64,000 nucleotides of DNA from a virus. The stretch is taken from the IMG/VR virus record IMGVR_UViG_3300035698_014689, positions 1 through 64,000 of that record, one strand, 5' to 3'. Below the pieces are notes generated by a model, which had not been told where the DNA came from, did not search any database, and worked only from the letters and a program-made list of their open reading frames with translations. Each line of letters starts with the position of its first letter. The first letter of the stretch is position 1. Both the position numbers and the translations under genes were made by a program. Shown one piece after another: positions 46,932-57,096 of this stretch.

Positions 46932-49626
46932 ATAAAACCTCCTTAACTACCCATTCTTTCTCTGGAAATGGGGTTGGAAATACTCGATGGCTAATCAAAA
47001 CATCATCTAGTTTGACCTCTACATTATATTTAAAAATCTTCTCCCCTTTCTGAGCTACTTTAGCCGCTTGAGTAGAACCACCACTAAATTCAGAGACTCC
47101 TATTCCTCCTACCTTCTTAACTACTAAACCTAAATGGCCCTCCGTATCTGCTCTACCAAGTATTCCAATATCTCCATACATCTGTGAAAATACTTTCTGC
47201 GATGTATCCTGCATCAACGATGCCGCTAATCTGAATTTCTCACCATGCGCACCATCAAGTGCCGCTTCAAAAATCTTCAAAGAACTATGACTGGCATCAT
47301 CACCAAAATAATTCTGCAAATTAAAACTCTTAGCATAATTCGTCGGATGAACCTTATACGCCAATCCTTCAGGAACCCACGAAGCTGTTACATTATAATC
47401 ATTCCCATATACAGTCCACTCCCCTTTAAAACCTTCAATATAATCGTCCCATCCTTTCTGTTTCGCATAAGTAGACGCTTCAGCTCTTGTTGCAAAGGAT
47501 TTCGATTGCAAATGAGGATATGAAACATTCTCCGCACGTACCATTTTATCTATATCAGCAGTCCCATTAAGCAAATCGAATTCAGTGCCTACACCCAATT
47601 TTGATGCCTCTTCTCTCATCCCTGTTCTAAGGGCCTGAGCCGCACTATAAGATTGCTCCTCTGTTTCAGCCAAAGCCGTCTTATCAATCAATCCATCCAA
47701 TGGCGAAACCACAGGAATCATAATTCCACCTGCTGGCCCACCAGTCCACGGCTGTAAAACAAGAGCCGGATCACTTAAATCAGGCTCTTCCACACATCTG
47801 CAATTATGACTTATTACACCATTAGCAATATAACTAAAATTATCTTCAACATGAAAGTTATAGAGGGACTGAACCCTAGATGTTTTCTTATATTCAATAC
47901 TTTTAATAGGAACCTCAATAAACTCATAAGCTCCTTCATGGTTCAAAGATAATAAAGACTGCTCATCTGATTCAATAAATTCATTTTTCCTCCCATATAA
48001 CCTATGTACAATCACATGGTCGGGGAATGCACTTAAAATCTCCACATCTCTTTTATGTTGCTTCTCTTTATCCTGATGCCAATACCATCCATCTATCTCT
48101 ATAAACCTCTTTTCGGATGGAACATAAAAATCTACAAATCTATTCCCTACAGAAAACTGTTCCTGAAAAACAACACCGCTCTTAACCAAGGAGTCACGAA
48201 ACAAAACCTCAATTTTCGTGGGGCCTTTCTTATTCCAACATGCGGGCTTACCTATTTTCCATAAATCAGAGGCTTTCATATAACCCCCTTCTCCATACTT
48301 CTCAACCAAACATTTGCGAGCACGTAAAGTTATACCATCAGCGTCTCTTACTCCTGAAGCATATTCACTCTTTAATTGCTCAGTCGTTTTCTTAGATGTA
48401 TTCTTTCGATGCTCAGGGTCCTTCCATTGATTAGAAGATGAGACATGACTTGAACAACTACGAGAACAATACTTGCGATAGTAGGGCATTTTCTTTCCAC
48501 ATAAAGGGCATCTACTTGCTCTCACATAAAGGACATCCTCAAGAGTCAGATTCTCAGCATTAACCCATCCCCCAGAAGTCAAGAATGGATGCTCCTCAGT
48601 AACAACTAAACTATTAGAAGCATACTTATTCTTCTCTCCAAATTTAATCCTCACAATTGGACGACCACTAGGAATCTTATACTTTCCTAAATAAGTCTCA
48701 AGAACCCTCTTATATTCTCCTGAATGAGTTAATACCAAATTTCCTACTTGAATATCCTTAATCTGCTTCTTCCCTTCTGAAGTCCAAATACCTACCTGAG
48801 GGTCAATGAAGCAATTTATTGCATCCGGTCCGTCTCCTACGTGCATCGCACCACTAGGATAAGATTCGGCAATTGGAATAAAACCCACGCTCTCATTGGC
48901 CTCGTGAGCGGGTCTGACACGCAAATCTCCCACAGTGAACCAACGTTTTCTCTCCACTCCAGAACGTTTGAACATCTCATAACGAGCCGTTCCAATAGCT
49001 GTCTGCACCTCTGTCTGCACAATCTTATACGCCCTTGCTGGATCAATACCCATCACCTCGATGACTTTCATCGTATCATAAACAGTATCACCGTTCTTAA
49101 AAATACCAGTGGCAATCTTCGCCTGAGCATTGTGAACCATTGTGTCAGTTGTGATCTTTGCCATCTCCAAAGCTCGTTGATCTAATTGCAGAATCAGCTC
49201 CTCGTCGGTCAGATCGAAAACGTAGGTGACTGGATCAGCCTTGCGTAGAACCCTCAAAGACTCAAAGGAGGAATCAATGCCAAATTCGAAGGCTTCCTCG
49301 TTCATTTCTCTCAAGAACTCTTTTACAGGCGTTGTGTCGGGATAATCAAAGGTCTTAAAGATGTCCTCGGCAAATTTCAGCCCTGCCTGCCTACGACTGG
49401 TTGGATTACGTATAACAGTGGACTCTTTATACGCCTCAAAGAACGCACGCTGTATTTTCAGCTGAAGTAATTGATCTGTGATAGGTTTCCACCACGAGGC
49501 GTATGTCTTCATAGTGGGAGGAATATAAGACCGTTCAAGCGTCATCCTCTCACCGCCAGTAGCAACCTTACTCAGCAAATAAAAATGAATCTGCCGACGT
49601 ATCTCATATTTCTCGGTACTATTCAT
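46921..49626 (-). CDS. MuF/SPP1 gp7-like head morphogenesis protein with intein and C-terminal ART-like extension
   Basis: RAYKIVQTE, KRWFTVGDLRVRPAH, IN/CRC (split by intein); C-terminal R..SEFS..EKE. Confidence 0.85.
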   Translation of the reverse strand: MNSTEKYEIRRQIHFYLLSKVATGGERMTLERSYIPPTMKTYASWWKPITDQLLQLKIQRAFFEAYKESTVIRNPTSRRQAGLKFAEDIFKTFDYPDTTPVKEFLREMNEEAFEFGIDSSFESLRVLRKADPVTYVFDLTDEELILQLDQRALEMAKITTDTMVHNAQAKIATGIFKNGDTVYDTMKVIEVMGIDPARAYKIVQTEVQTAIGTARYEMFKRSGVERKRWFTVGDLRVRPAHEANESVGFIPIAESYPSGAMHVGDGPDAINCFIDPQVGIWTSEGKKQIKDIQVGNLVLTHSGEYKRVLETYLGKYKIPSGRPIVRIKFGEKNKYASNSLVVTEEHPFLTSGGWVNAENLTLEDVLYVRASRCPLCGKKMPYYRKYCSRSCSSHVSSSNQWKDPEHRKNTSKKTTEQLKSEYASGVRDADGITLRARKCLVEKYGEGGYMKASDLWKIGKPACWNKKGPTKIEVLFRDSLVKSGVVFQEQFSVGNRFVDFYVPSEKRFIEIDGWYWHQDKEKQHKRDVEILSAFPDHVIVHRLYGRKNEFIESDEQSLLSLNHEGAYEFIEVPIKSIEYKKTSRVQSLYNFHVEDNFSYIANGVISHNCRCVEEPDLSDPALVLQPWTGGPAGGIMIPVVSPLDGLIDKTALAETEEQSYSAAQALRTGMREEASKLGVGTEFDLLNGTADIDKMVRAENVSYPHLQSKSFATRAEASTYAKQKGWDDYIEGFKGEWTVYGNDYNVTASWVPEGLAYKVHPTNYAKSFNLQNYFGDDASHSSLKIFEAALDGAHGEKFRLAASLMQDTSQKVFSQMYGDIGILGRADTEGHLGLVVKKVGGIGVSEFSGGSTQAAKVAQKGEKIFKYNVEVKLDDVLISHRVFPTPFPEKEWVVKEVLYVK
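47803..48813 (-). mobile_element. intein (337 aa) with zinc ribbon and DUF559/Vsr-like endonuclease
   Basis: Starts CFIDPQV, block B VTEEHPF, ends SYIANGVISHN before Cys; PTKIE..VDFY..IEIDGWYWH. Confidence 0.9.
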
Positions 49627-49627
49627 T

Positions 49628-52414
49628 CTATCCTTCAGCCATCTTCTCGGCGATTTTATTCAATTTATCCCCAGCCAATTTCATCTCCGCTTCTGTTGGC
49701 ATCGCTTGAATCTCATCAACGAATAAAGGAATACCGCCAGTGAGAATAAAAGGCTTGTCCCCACCTTTAACTGGAGGCCCTAATTGAGCTATGTCACGGA
49801 TGTCATTTATACTGATCACACCCTTCTCCATGAACGCCAGCAGGTTCTCCCGCTGATTCGCTTTATCTGTGACATCCAAAGATTCGAAAACGATCTTAAC
49901 TGAAGTCGTTCCAAGTCCGTAATGGAAAAGCCTAGAAAGCATCTTCTCCCATCTACGTTGAAGAGGATCGACAATACGGTTCTTATAGTTGCTGGACTGT
50001 GCATCACCTTTACCAGAGCCAAGACTGGCTGAATCGGTCATCCCGACAATCGCGGCAGACATACCATGAGCAACCAAAATTGCTTCTTGATTATTCTTGC
50101 GTGTATCCTGAAAAGAACCCTCCTGCGTATCATCGGTCAACTTCTTAAATTCAACCTTGACATCCCCTCCAGCGGCTGGGATAGGAATGACGAGTGTTTT
50201 ATGCGCCTGCCCTTTTATATCCTGAGCGAAGTAACGCTGGATGACTTCCTTGACTTCGTTGGAAAGTTTCGCCCCAGTGATAATGACTGCATACTGCGGA
50301 ACTGCGTTATGATCGAAAAACTGCAAGAAAAAATCACGTATGTTGATATTCCCCATAATACTACCTATCGCAGGAATCACGTCGGGGACGCCATAATACA
50401 TCGACTTCGGATGTGGCTTTGTCAGCATCATTACTTCCGTCGCTGAATCTTGAAGTCTCGATACATCACTATTCAAATCATCCTTACCTTTCATGTTCCA
50501 TTTTCCAGCACTGAATTTGCCGTCCTTAGCGGGGTCGAAAGGCAGAGGATTATTATTTATGTCGGTTCTGTTCGGACTCAAAAGTTTTCTTCCAAAAGGC
50601 AGGTAGTAACGATAAGTGCCACTCTTGCCCGAATTTGCTCCCCCCAGTTCCGCGAAACCCGTCCAACCTTTAAGGACGCGCATCCGAGCCACAGGAATAT
50701 GATAGAGCCTTCGGATTTTCTTGTCCAGTGCTCGAACAACCTCTATAAAGCAATAACCCACAGACTCATAGTCAGTGGCGGCTTTTTCGAGCACACCCTC
50801 GAAGCGGTCGTTCTCATTGCAGTTCTCAATGAAATCCTCGACCTCAACACTCTGAGACGAGGATTCTGTGTCCTTCTCATCCTTATTCTTTTTAGCGATG
50901 ACATATTCACGACCAACGGCATCCATAACTTTCGTCTTCACGCAATTGTGAGTGACCAAGCCATTCGCTACAAAAGTGTGTGAACCCTCGACCTCAAGAT
51001 TGTAAACAGAGCCAGAAAAAGATTTCTGTTCAGAACTGATGACTTTTCTCAAAAGAACCTCACCAATACCTAATAGTGAAGTAAAACAATTTCTTTTCCG
51101 AGAATTAGTACATGACCCCACAGAATTGGAAAGGAAATCCTTAGCATCCTGACCTCTCAAATCAAGTCTATACACTCTTCTTTTTGAAATGGGCTGTTGC
51201 TCATAGACAGAAACATCATATCTCAAATAAGATAAAAGTGTGAATAACTGTTTAGATAATTCTTTGGAGGTAGTAACGAAAATACAATCACCATTCTTAT
51301 TGATATGGCCATCACCATCAAAATAAGAACGCAGAAGAATTAAAATCTGTCTCAACTCCAAACGAGCTAAGAAGTCTTTCTGAATTCTTTTTCCATAGCA
51401 AAACTTTCCACCCAAAAAGGTCATTAACTTATGAACATACGGTTTCGAACAAACAATCTTGCCTGTATTTTTCTCCTCATCAAAGTAAACCTTCGAAGTG
51501 GAGTCGAAACAATTACTTAATCCATTCATCACTCTTTGATGATAATCCTTCTCATCTTTGTGAAAAGTGAATACAGTCGAATAATTACATTGATATAAAT
51601 TACGTTTATTTATGAACTCATAATCAGAGCAACTTCCTTCCGCCAAATAAAACCCCAGTAATTCACAGAGCTCATCCGAGGCGACAATCTTCTGTCCCTG
51701 AAAAACGAGTGCTGTTTCATCAACCATTTTCCATAAAGGCAGGGAACCAACGATAAAATCCCCCACAGCAATCTCGGATGCGTTTTTCCAAGAAAGTAAT
51801 TCATTCGCCTTATCACTTAAAAGTACACCCTCTCCCGATAAGCCACTGACTCTTTTTTCTCTTGTTATCTTCGCTCTAAAATCAGCAAATGAACTGTCAA
51901 CTACTAAATAAGGATGCTCTGATGTAGAACTTATTGTTCTCAATCCATGAACATCTAAAAGAACAAGCTCCTCCTCCACATCAAATTTCATTACATCTGT
52001 TACTTCATAAAAATCATTGTTATGTGAAAGAACTCTTTCCCCCTTCTTAATAGAAGCAATAGAACGACTCTCTAAATCTTTCGTTAAAACAGTGACATCA
52101 TCGGTAAAGCAACGATAATGAACCTCGTCAACATCCAAAAACTTCGCCATCGTCTCAGGATCAAAGGGAGGGTAAACAATATCTTGTGACGTGACCTCGT
52201 CATCCTCGTCCTTGGTGTCGGGCTGATTAGAACCTTCCATCTCCTTCTCGATCAACGTCTTGGCTTGCTGACCCTTCTTCATCAAATCCTGTGCCGATAT
52301 GACCTCTCCATCCGACATAATAAAAGCAGAGTCCACAATCGGCTCATCACTTACAGAACTTTTCGTCATTACCTTATCTCTTTTCCGACCTACGCGTCTG
52401 TGTAACTTTCTCAT
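49628..52414 (-). CDS. portal protein (PBSX-like) with intein
   Basis: PPFDP, GYCFIEVVR, LYHIP, YYGVPD, FFDHNAVP, GVISINDIR motifs. Confidence 0.9.
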   Translation of the reverse strand: MRKLHRRVGRKRDKVMTKSSVSDEPIVDSAFIMSDGEVISAQDLMKKGQQAKTLIEKEMEGSNQPDTKDEDDEVTSQDIVYPPFDPETMAKFLDVDEVHYRCFTDDVTVLTKDLESRSIASIKKGERVLSHNNDFYEVTDVMKFDVEEELVLLDVHGLRTISSTSEHPYLVVDSSFADFRAKITREKRVSGLSGEGVLLSDKANELLSWKNASEIAVGDFIVGSLPLWKMVDETALVFQGQKIVASDELCELLGFYLAEGSCSDYEFINKRNLYQCNYSTVFTFHKDEKDYHQRVMNGLSNCFDSTSKVYFDEEKNTGKIVCSKPYVHKLMTFLGGKFCYGKRIQKDFLARLELRQILILLRSYFDGDGHINKNGDCIFVTTSKELSKQLFTLLSYLRYDVSVYEQQPISKRRVYRLDLRGQDAKDFLSNSVGSCTNSRKRNCFTSLLGIGEVLLRKVISSEQKSFSGSVYNLEVEGSHTFVANGLVTHNCVKTKVMDAVGREYVIAKKNKDEKDTESSSQSVEVEDFIENCNENDRFEGVLEKAATDYESVGYCFIEVVRALDKKIRRLYHIPVARMRVLKGWTGFAELGGANSGKSGTYRYYLPFGRKLLSPNRTDINNNPLPFDPAKDGKFSAGKWNMKGKDDLNSDVSRLQDSATEVMMLTKPHPKSMYYGVPDVIPAIGSIMGNINIRDFFLQFFDHNAVPQYAVIITGAKLSNEVKEVIQRYFAQDIKGQAHKTLVIPIPAAGGDVKVEFKKLTDDTQEGSFQDTRKNNQEAILVAHGMSAAIVGMTDSASLGSGKGDAQSSNYKNRIVDPLQRRWEKMLSRLFHYGLGTTSVKIVFESLDVTDKANQRENLLAFMEKGVISINDIRDIAQLGPPVKGGDKPFILTGGIPLFVDEIQAMPTEAEMKLAGDKLNKIAEKMAEG
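50945..52111 (-). mobile_element. intein (389 aa) with LAGLIDADG homing endonuclease
   Basis: Starts CFTDD, TSEHPY, LLGFYLAEG, LRSYFDGDG, ends FVANGLVTHN before Cys. Confidence 0.92.
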
Positions 52415-52427
52415 AACTGACTCCCAT

Positions 52428-54110
52428 TTATCCTACTGAAATATCCGCTAAAGTGTCGATAGAATTTACCATCATTTGAGATGCAATCAGATCATAATTG
52501 TCGGCATGACGTTGATGATCTTTCCGCTCCTTGCTCCAAATATACCGCACGTTACCACTTTTATCAACCTCTGATTGTCTTTTAGCAACCAACATCTCTT
52601 CAGTGTAATCCCCTCCCATGATAGCAGAGTAGTTCTCAGGCAGTACAACCTTCTGTTTTTTCATGGCAGAAAAAGAGCGGTCAAGAGAGGACGTTCGATC
52701 CACGGTAACAACACGAGCTTTCTTATCTTTCTTCAGTCTTGCGTCTTTACCCTCGCTTCCATATCGACACAACCACACAAAACAAGTAAACTCCTCCTGA
52801 ATCTCCTGAACCAATTTTGCTTCGGGCATACTGTCGATAACCATGCACCCCACATTGTACATATTTGAGAGCTCAAACAGCTCGGACTTATCTGTGACCT
52901 CACCAATGAAAGCGGCTATACGTGTTCCGTCATCCAAAACCCTTGATATTTTAACATCGAAATTCTTACCTACATCAACACCCATTGAACACGGCCCGAT
53001 ACTGCGGTTTCCTTCGACGTGAGCGCAACGACCATCCATCACGAATCGATACCCGTCCTCCTTTAAAGAATCAAGCAGTAAGGCCGAAAGGCACATCCCC
53101 GCTGGGCTGTAAGGAATACCTAAATCGGAATTGTGAAAATGCTGGTAAGCGGCATCATCCCCAAAAGAGTCCTCAAAGCGTTCAAACATCTCCGAGATGG
53201 AGTTGAGACGAGAGTTCATCATCGTCATAAGCCAACCCTCAATTTTACTATCGGGATTCTGCTCCAACCACTCACCTCCCCCATATCTGCTAAATGGATT
53301 GCCACAGTGACGACATACTGGACGAATCTCTTTCCCTGCTCTCCATGAATCATCCATAAGATCATAACCAGTTGGGAGACCTTCAATATCGTATTTTATA
53401 TCGACAATAGTACTGAACCAGTCCAACGAAACAAGTTCGTGGCAGGTGTCGCAAGCGACATGCCATTCCTGACGTGTTGACCGCAGGTAGTGCTTATTGA
53501 TCCCGTAGCCTTCTGTAGAGGGGTTTCCTATCCATCTTTTAAACTGAAAACGTGATCCCCTGAGTCTGTCCTCACCGTACTCAAGATTCAACTGGTCACA
53601 CTGGTCAACCTCCTCCACGTAAATAGCATCTGCAGGGAACTCTTTAAAATCTGAAATAACATTAGAACCCACATACTTGATTGTTCCTTTCCCGAACGAT
53701 TTCATAACCACGTTATCAACTGAGATCACCTCTGTCTTACGCTTCTGATATTCCTTGACCATTTGAAAACATTTATCAATACGATTCTGCACATAAGCAC
53801 CACGGGACTCAAACTTAGGTAGAACGAAAAAAACTGACATGCCCGTAGCGGCGCACGCAAAATGGTCGATAACTACGAACTCGGATTTCATGGATTGAAC
53901 AGAGCCTTGAAGAACCATCTGCGGAGCCGTCGATTCATACAGGGGGAGCAAGTGAGGATTATCTTTAAAATTCATGCGCTGACCATGCGTATTCAAGTGG
54001 TGATTTTTCGCAAAGTCAATACGCAACTCCTTCATCTTTAAAAGACGATCAACACGCTCAAGTGCCAACTCATCATCCATCTCATCGATAAAAGAGAATT
54101 CTTTAGACAT
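52428..54110 (-). CDS. terminase large subunit (lambda gpA-like)
   Basis: QSMKSE Walker A-like, YVEEVD Walker B, GNPS, Zn knuckle CDTC/CRHC, nuclease MGVDVG and DHQRHAD. Confidence 0.88.
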   Translation of the reverse strand: MSKEFSFIDEMDDELALERVDRLLKMKELRIDFAKNHHLNTHGQRMNFKDNPHLLPLYESTAPQMVLQGSVQSMKSEFVVIDHFACAATGMSVFFVLPKFESRGAYVQNRIDKCFQMVKEYQKRKTEVISVDNVVMKSFGKGTIKYVGSNVISDFKEFPADAIYVEEVDQCDQLNLEYGEDRLRGSRFQFKRWIGNPSTEGYGINKHYLRSTRQEWHVACDTCHELVSLDWFSTIVDIKYDIEGLPTGYDLMDDSWRAGKEIRPVCRHCGNPFSRYGGGEWLEQNPDSKIEGWLMTMMNSRLNSISEMFERFEDSFGDDAAYQHFHNSDLGIPYSPAGMCLSALLLDSLKEDGYRFVMDGRCAHVEGNRSIGPCSMGVDVGKNFDVKISRVLDDGTRIAAFIGEVTDKSELFELSNMYNVGCMVIDSMPEAKLVQEIQEEFTCFVWLCRYGSEGKDARLKKDKKARVVTVDRTSSLDRSFSAMKKQKVVLPENYSAIMGGDYTEEMLVAKRQSEVDKSGNVRYIWSKERKDHQRHADNYDLIASQMMVNSIDTLADISVG

Positions 54111-54111
54111 A

Positions 54112-54684
54112 TTACATCCTTCTTCCGTGTTTCAGGAGGCGTTTAATCGAGGCCCTGATTTCGTCGGGTGTTCGCTGTTCATCAAGTAACTGTTGCTCGG
54201 TATCCTGATTCTGCTCAAGTGAGTCAAACAATTTCTCGGGAACATTCTTAGGTATTATACCAGTGTCCATCATAAGTTTGATCTTCATATCACGAGCTTT
54301 CAACGCGGCTGAATGAAATTTACTTTTATTCGGATCAACAACCTCAACCTCAGTGACTACCCCAGTAGAAGGATCAACAACTTTTTGTATCTTCTTATTT
54401 GACGTTGCAATCTCATGTAAAGCGACAGTTTCCATTTCATCAAGCCAGTGCAAGTGATCCGCGATTAACGTGACAGGATCGGTTTTAATGATCTCCTCAC
54501 GATACCTACGACCCAGTTCCTTGATGTCACGATAAATAGTGGCTGTGGAAACGCCTAACGATTTCGCTATTGCAGGAACGGACGCACCGCGCATTCTAAG
54601 ACTGGAAATCGTGTCCATCCTTTTCTCGCGTTCATCCTCCAGCAACTCCGTCTGAAGTGCAGGCATATTATTCGTCTCTTCCAT
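54112..54684 (-). CDS. terminase small subunit (HTH)
   Basis: GASVPAIAKSLGVSTATIYRDI HTH; directly upstream of the large subunit. Confidence 0.75.
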   Translation of the reverse strand: MEETNNMPALQTELLEDEREKRMDTISSLRMRGASVPAIAKSLGVSTATIYRDIKELGRRYREEIIKTDPVTLIADHLHWLDEMETVALHEIATSNKKIQKVVDPSTGVVTEVEVVDPNKSKFHSAALKARDMKIKLMMDTGIIPKNVPEKLFDSLEQNQDTEQQLLDEQRTPDEIRASIKRLLKHGRRM

Positions 54685-55444
54685 TTTTCAGCACCTCTAA
54701 CAAGTAGTCATTTATGTTCAGATCATTCTCTTTGATTACTTTGACCATCCCCTCTACCTCAAGCTTCAGCTCCTCCTGCATCATAACAAGCAGATGCGTT
54801 CTTCCCTTATAAGCGAAAAAGAGAAAATCACTTGGGACGGTCTCACCGTAATCCGCAAAGATATTATTCAGAACATCAGAAACCGCATCAACGGCCTCGA
54901 CCTCCTTCTTGCTATCCTTCATCAAAGTATCCATCCAGCTCTTATCTTTCTCCTCTTTATCCTGCAAGAGGTGCTTAGTGAATTCCTCCTCCGTATCAAA
55001 ACCCATCAAAGAGGGCATATCCTCTATGTCAACGGAATCACTTAACGAATTAACGAGCTCGGTGAACTTACGGTCGTTCAAATCACCTGTGAGCAGGTTT
55101 TTTCGGACTGTTTTCAGCTTCTGCTTTTCAACGTCATCCCACGGCTTGACAATAACAGGAATCTCCAACCAACCGAGAACACCAAGAACCTTCCATCTGT
55201 GCTCGCCTCCGATGATCATATAATGAGGGCCTTTTATTTCCGAACAGTTGCAGTTGACAACCTCAATCGCTCCGTCGAAGCCCTCCTCCTCGATCTCCTT
55301 GACGAGCTCGTTGAACTTTATGGCAGTCTGCTCATTCGGATTCCAAGGGTTCGGGTGAAGCTTGTCAACCGATACCATGATACTCTCATTGATTTTTCCG
55401 ACTGCTGGGACAACGTCCGCCTTCTTCTTTTTTTCCTTATCCAT
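54668..55444 (-). CDS. ParB/Srx N-terminal domain protein
   Basis: LHPNPWNPN, IIGGEHRWK, IPVIV motifs. Confidence 0.85.
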   Translation of the reverse strand: MDKEKKKKADVVPAVGKINESIMVSVDKLHPNPWNPNEQTAIKFNELVKEIEEEGFDGAIEVVNCNCSEIKGPHYMIIGGEHRWKVLGVLGWLEIPVIVKPWDDVEKQKLKTVRKNLLTGDLNDRKFTELVNSLSDSVDIEDMPSLMGFDTEEEFTKHLLQDKEEKDKSWMDTLMKDSKKEVEAVDAVSDVLNNIFADYGETVPSDFLFFAYKGRTHLLVMMQEELKLEVEGMVKVIKENDLNINDYLLEVLKNGRDE

Positions 55445-55474
55445 CGCCTATCTCCTTTTTCTTACATGTATATA

Positions 55475-55690
55475 CTATAGCCTGCTTTTGATCATTTGCA
55501 TCTGATTCTTTACAAAAATGTCCGCACTCTCACACATCTCCGACACTAACTGGGGAAAAGAGCATTCAGGCTCCCACCCCAACTCCTCCCGAACACCACT
55601 GCTATCACCGCATAAAACATCAATCTCAGCCTCACGAAAAAACTTGGCATTGATTGAAACAACGGAGCCATCTAAATCGAAGAAAGCCAG
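55475..55690 (-). pseudogene. gmd: C-terminal fragment of GDP-mannose 4,6-dehydratase
   Basis: INAKFFREAEIDVLCGDSS..REELGWEPECSFPQLVSEMCE matches the GMD C-terminus; Rossmann N-terminus absent. Confidence 0.7.
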
Positions 55691-55937
55691 CCAATAAATG
55701 AATCTGATGAACATCCGCACTGCCAAAATTCTTCCACAGAAGAAGTGCCTCTCCTTCGACACAAAGAAAATACTCTTTGAATTCAGGGTGAGAATGAAAT
55801 CCTCTTTTCTTCCCTTTCGTAATATGAACAAGACTGAACTCTAAAACAGGCTCGTCGGGGAGCCATGTGAAAATACCTCCTCTGCCATCAATAACGGTAT
55901 TCTTATTACACGTAGAATAAATTATTTTAGTAGACAA
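55690..55937 (-). pseudogene. truncated cupin (RmlC/FdtA-like sugar epimerase/isomerase)
   Basis: DGRG, RGFHSHPEFKEYFLCVEG cupin motif 1; motif 2 missing at the junction with the gmd fragment. Confidence 0.65.
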
Positions 55938-55938
55938 G

Positions 55939-57096
55939 TCACGCCCTCCTACATTCTGAAGCAAGTTCGAAGCAAGCACACCTGACATCATCTTCAGTCA
56001 ATGATGGACTGCTTGGCAAGCAGACTATGTTTCTCCACAGAAAATCAGCCTCCCCAGTACACAAAACATGTCTCGCCTCTGTTGGAGCGAGTGTTTCAAT
56101 CGGATAAAATCCGGGCCTACACTCTATTCCCTTCTCTATTAAAGCGAGTCCAATACTCTCAGCGGAACGTCCACCATCCTTCAAAACAAAGCAGTTCAAC
56201 CAAGCAACAGCATAAACGGAGTCATCACTTAAATAATCAGAGGGGGACTGGAAGTAACCAAACTCGGTTAACCCAATACTCTCAGCCTCTCTACGATAAA
56301 GCTCAGCAATACACCTACGTCTATGCAAATGCTTTTGAACATCCTCAACGGCGGCAAGAGCCACAGCTGACACTAAATTTGACAGCAACCAGTTGTTTCC
56401 CTCGACATTCGTGAAATACTTGTCCCACAGTCCCTTCGCCACACGTCCCCTGTCAGCGATAATATCAGCTTGTTTAATCAGCTCCTCATCAAAAGAGACA
56501 ATCACCCCAGCTTCACAGCTTCCAACCAATTTTTCCGCCCTGCAAGAAAACGTGGCAACACCCCCTATACGTGCAATTGAGTGCATCTCTCCCGATTTCC
56601 TTATTTTCGCCCCGTGAGCCTCCGAACAGTCATTCACTAAAAAGATGCTATTCCGATCACATAAGGAATCTATTGCAAGCGTGTCCTTTGCTGGCGTGCC
56701 ATACAGGTGAACAAGGATCACAGCCGATATATCATATTCGAGGATTGCACGTTTCAAAAGACGCACATCCATACCAAACGTATCCCTCTCCACATCCACA
56801 ACTACTGGTACGAGACCTGCACCCTTAACAGCCTGCCCTATTGCAGAGCACGTATAACTGGGAATAACCACCAACGATCCCTTTGGCAAGCCCCGAGTCA
56901 TAAGAGCAATCTGCAAGGCGGCAGTCCCAGTATTCACGGCCTTGGCGAAGGGAACATCCACAAACTCAGCAAACGCCTTTTCAAATCTCTTAGAGAAATC
57001 TCCTCGACAAGCTAACCAAGTGGTATCAAAAACCTCCGATACGTACGCACGCATTTTCAGCGTGACGGAGGGCTCATTCAGACGTAACTTTTTCAT
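55939..57096 (-). CDS. DegT/DnrJ/EryC1/StrS PLP aminotransferase (perosamine synthase-like)
   Basis: NTGTAAL, VHLYG, DCSEAHGA, FSCRAEK (PLP Lys), CRPGFYP, CLPSSP. Confidence 0.9.
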   Translation of the reverse strand: MKKLRLNEPSVTLKMRAYVSEVFDTTWLACRGDFSKRFEKAFAEFVDVPFAKAVNTGTAALQIALMTRGLPKGSLVVIPSYTCSAIGQAVKGAGLVPVVVDVERDTFGMDVRLLKRAILEYDISAVILVHLYGTPAKDTLAIDSLCDRNSIFLVNDCSEAHGAKIRKSGEMHSIARIGGVATFSCRAEKLVGSCEAGVIVSFDEELIKQADIIADRGRVAKGLWDKYFTNVEGNNWLLSNLVSAVALAAVEDVQKHLHRRRCIAELYRREAESIGLTEFGYFQSPSDYLSDDSVYAVAWLNCFVLKDGGRSAESIGLALIEKGIECRPGFYPIETLAPTEARHVLCTGEADFLWRNIVCLPSSPSLTEDDVRCACFELASECRRA

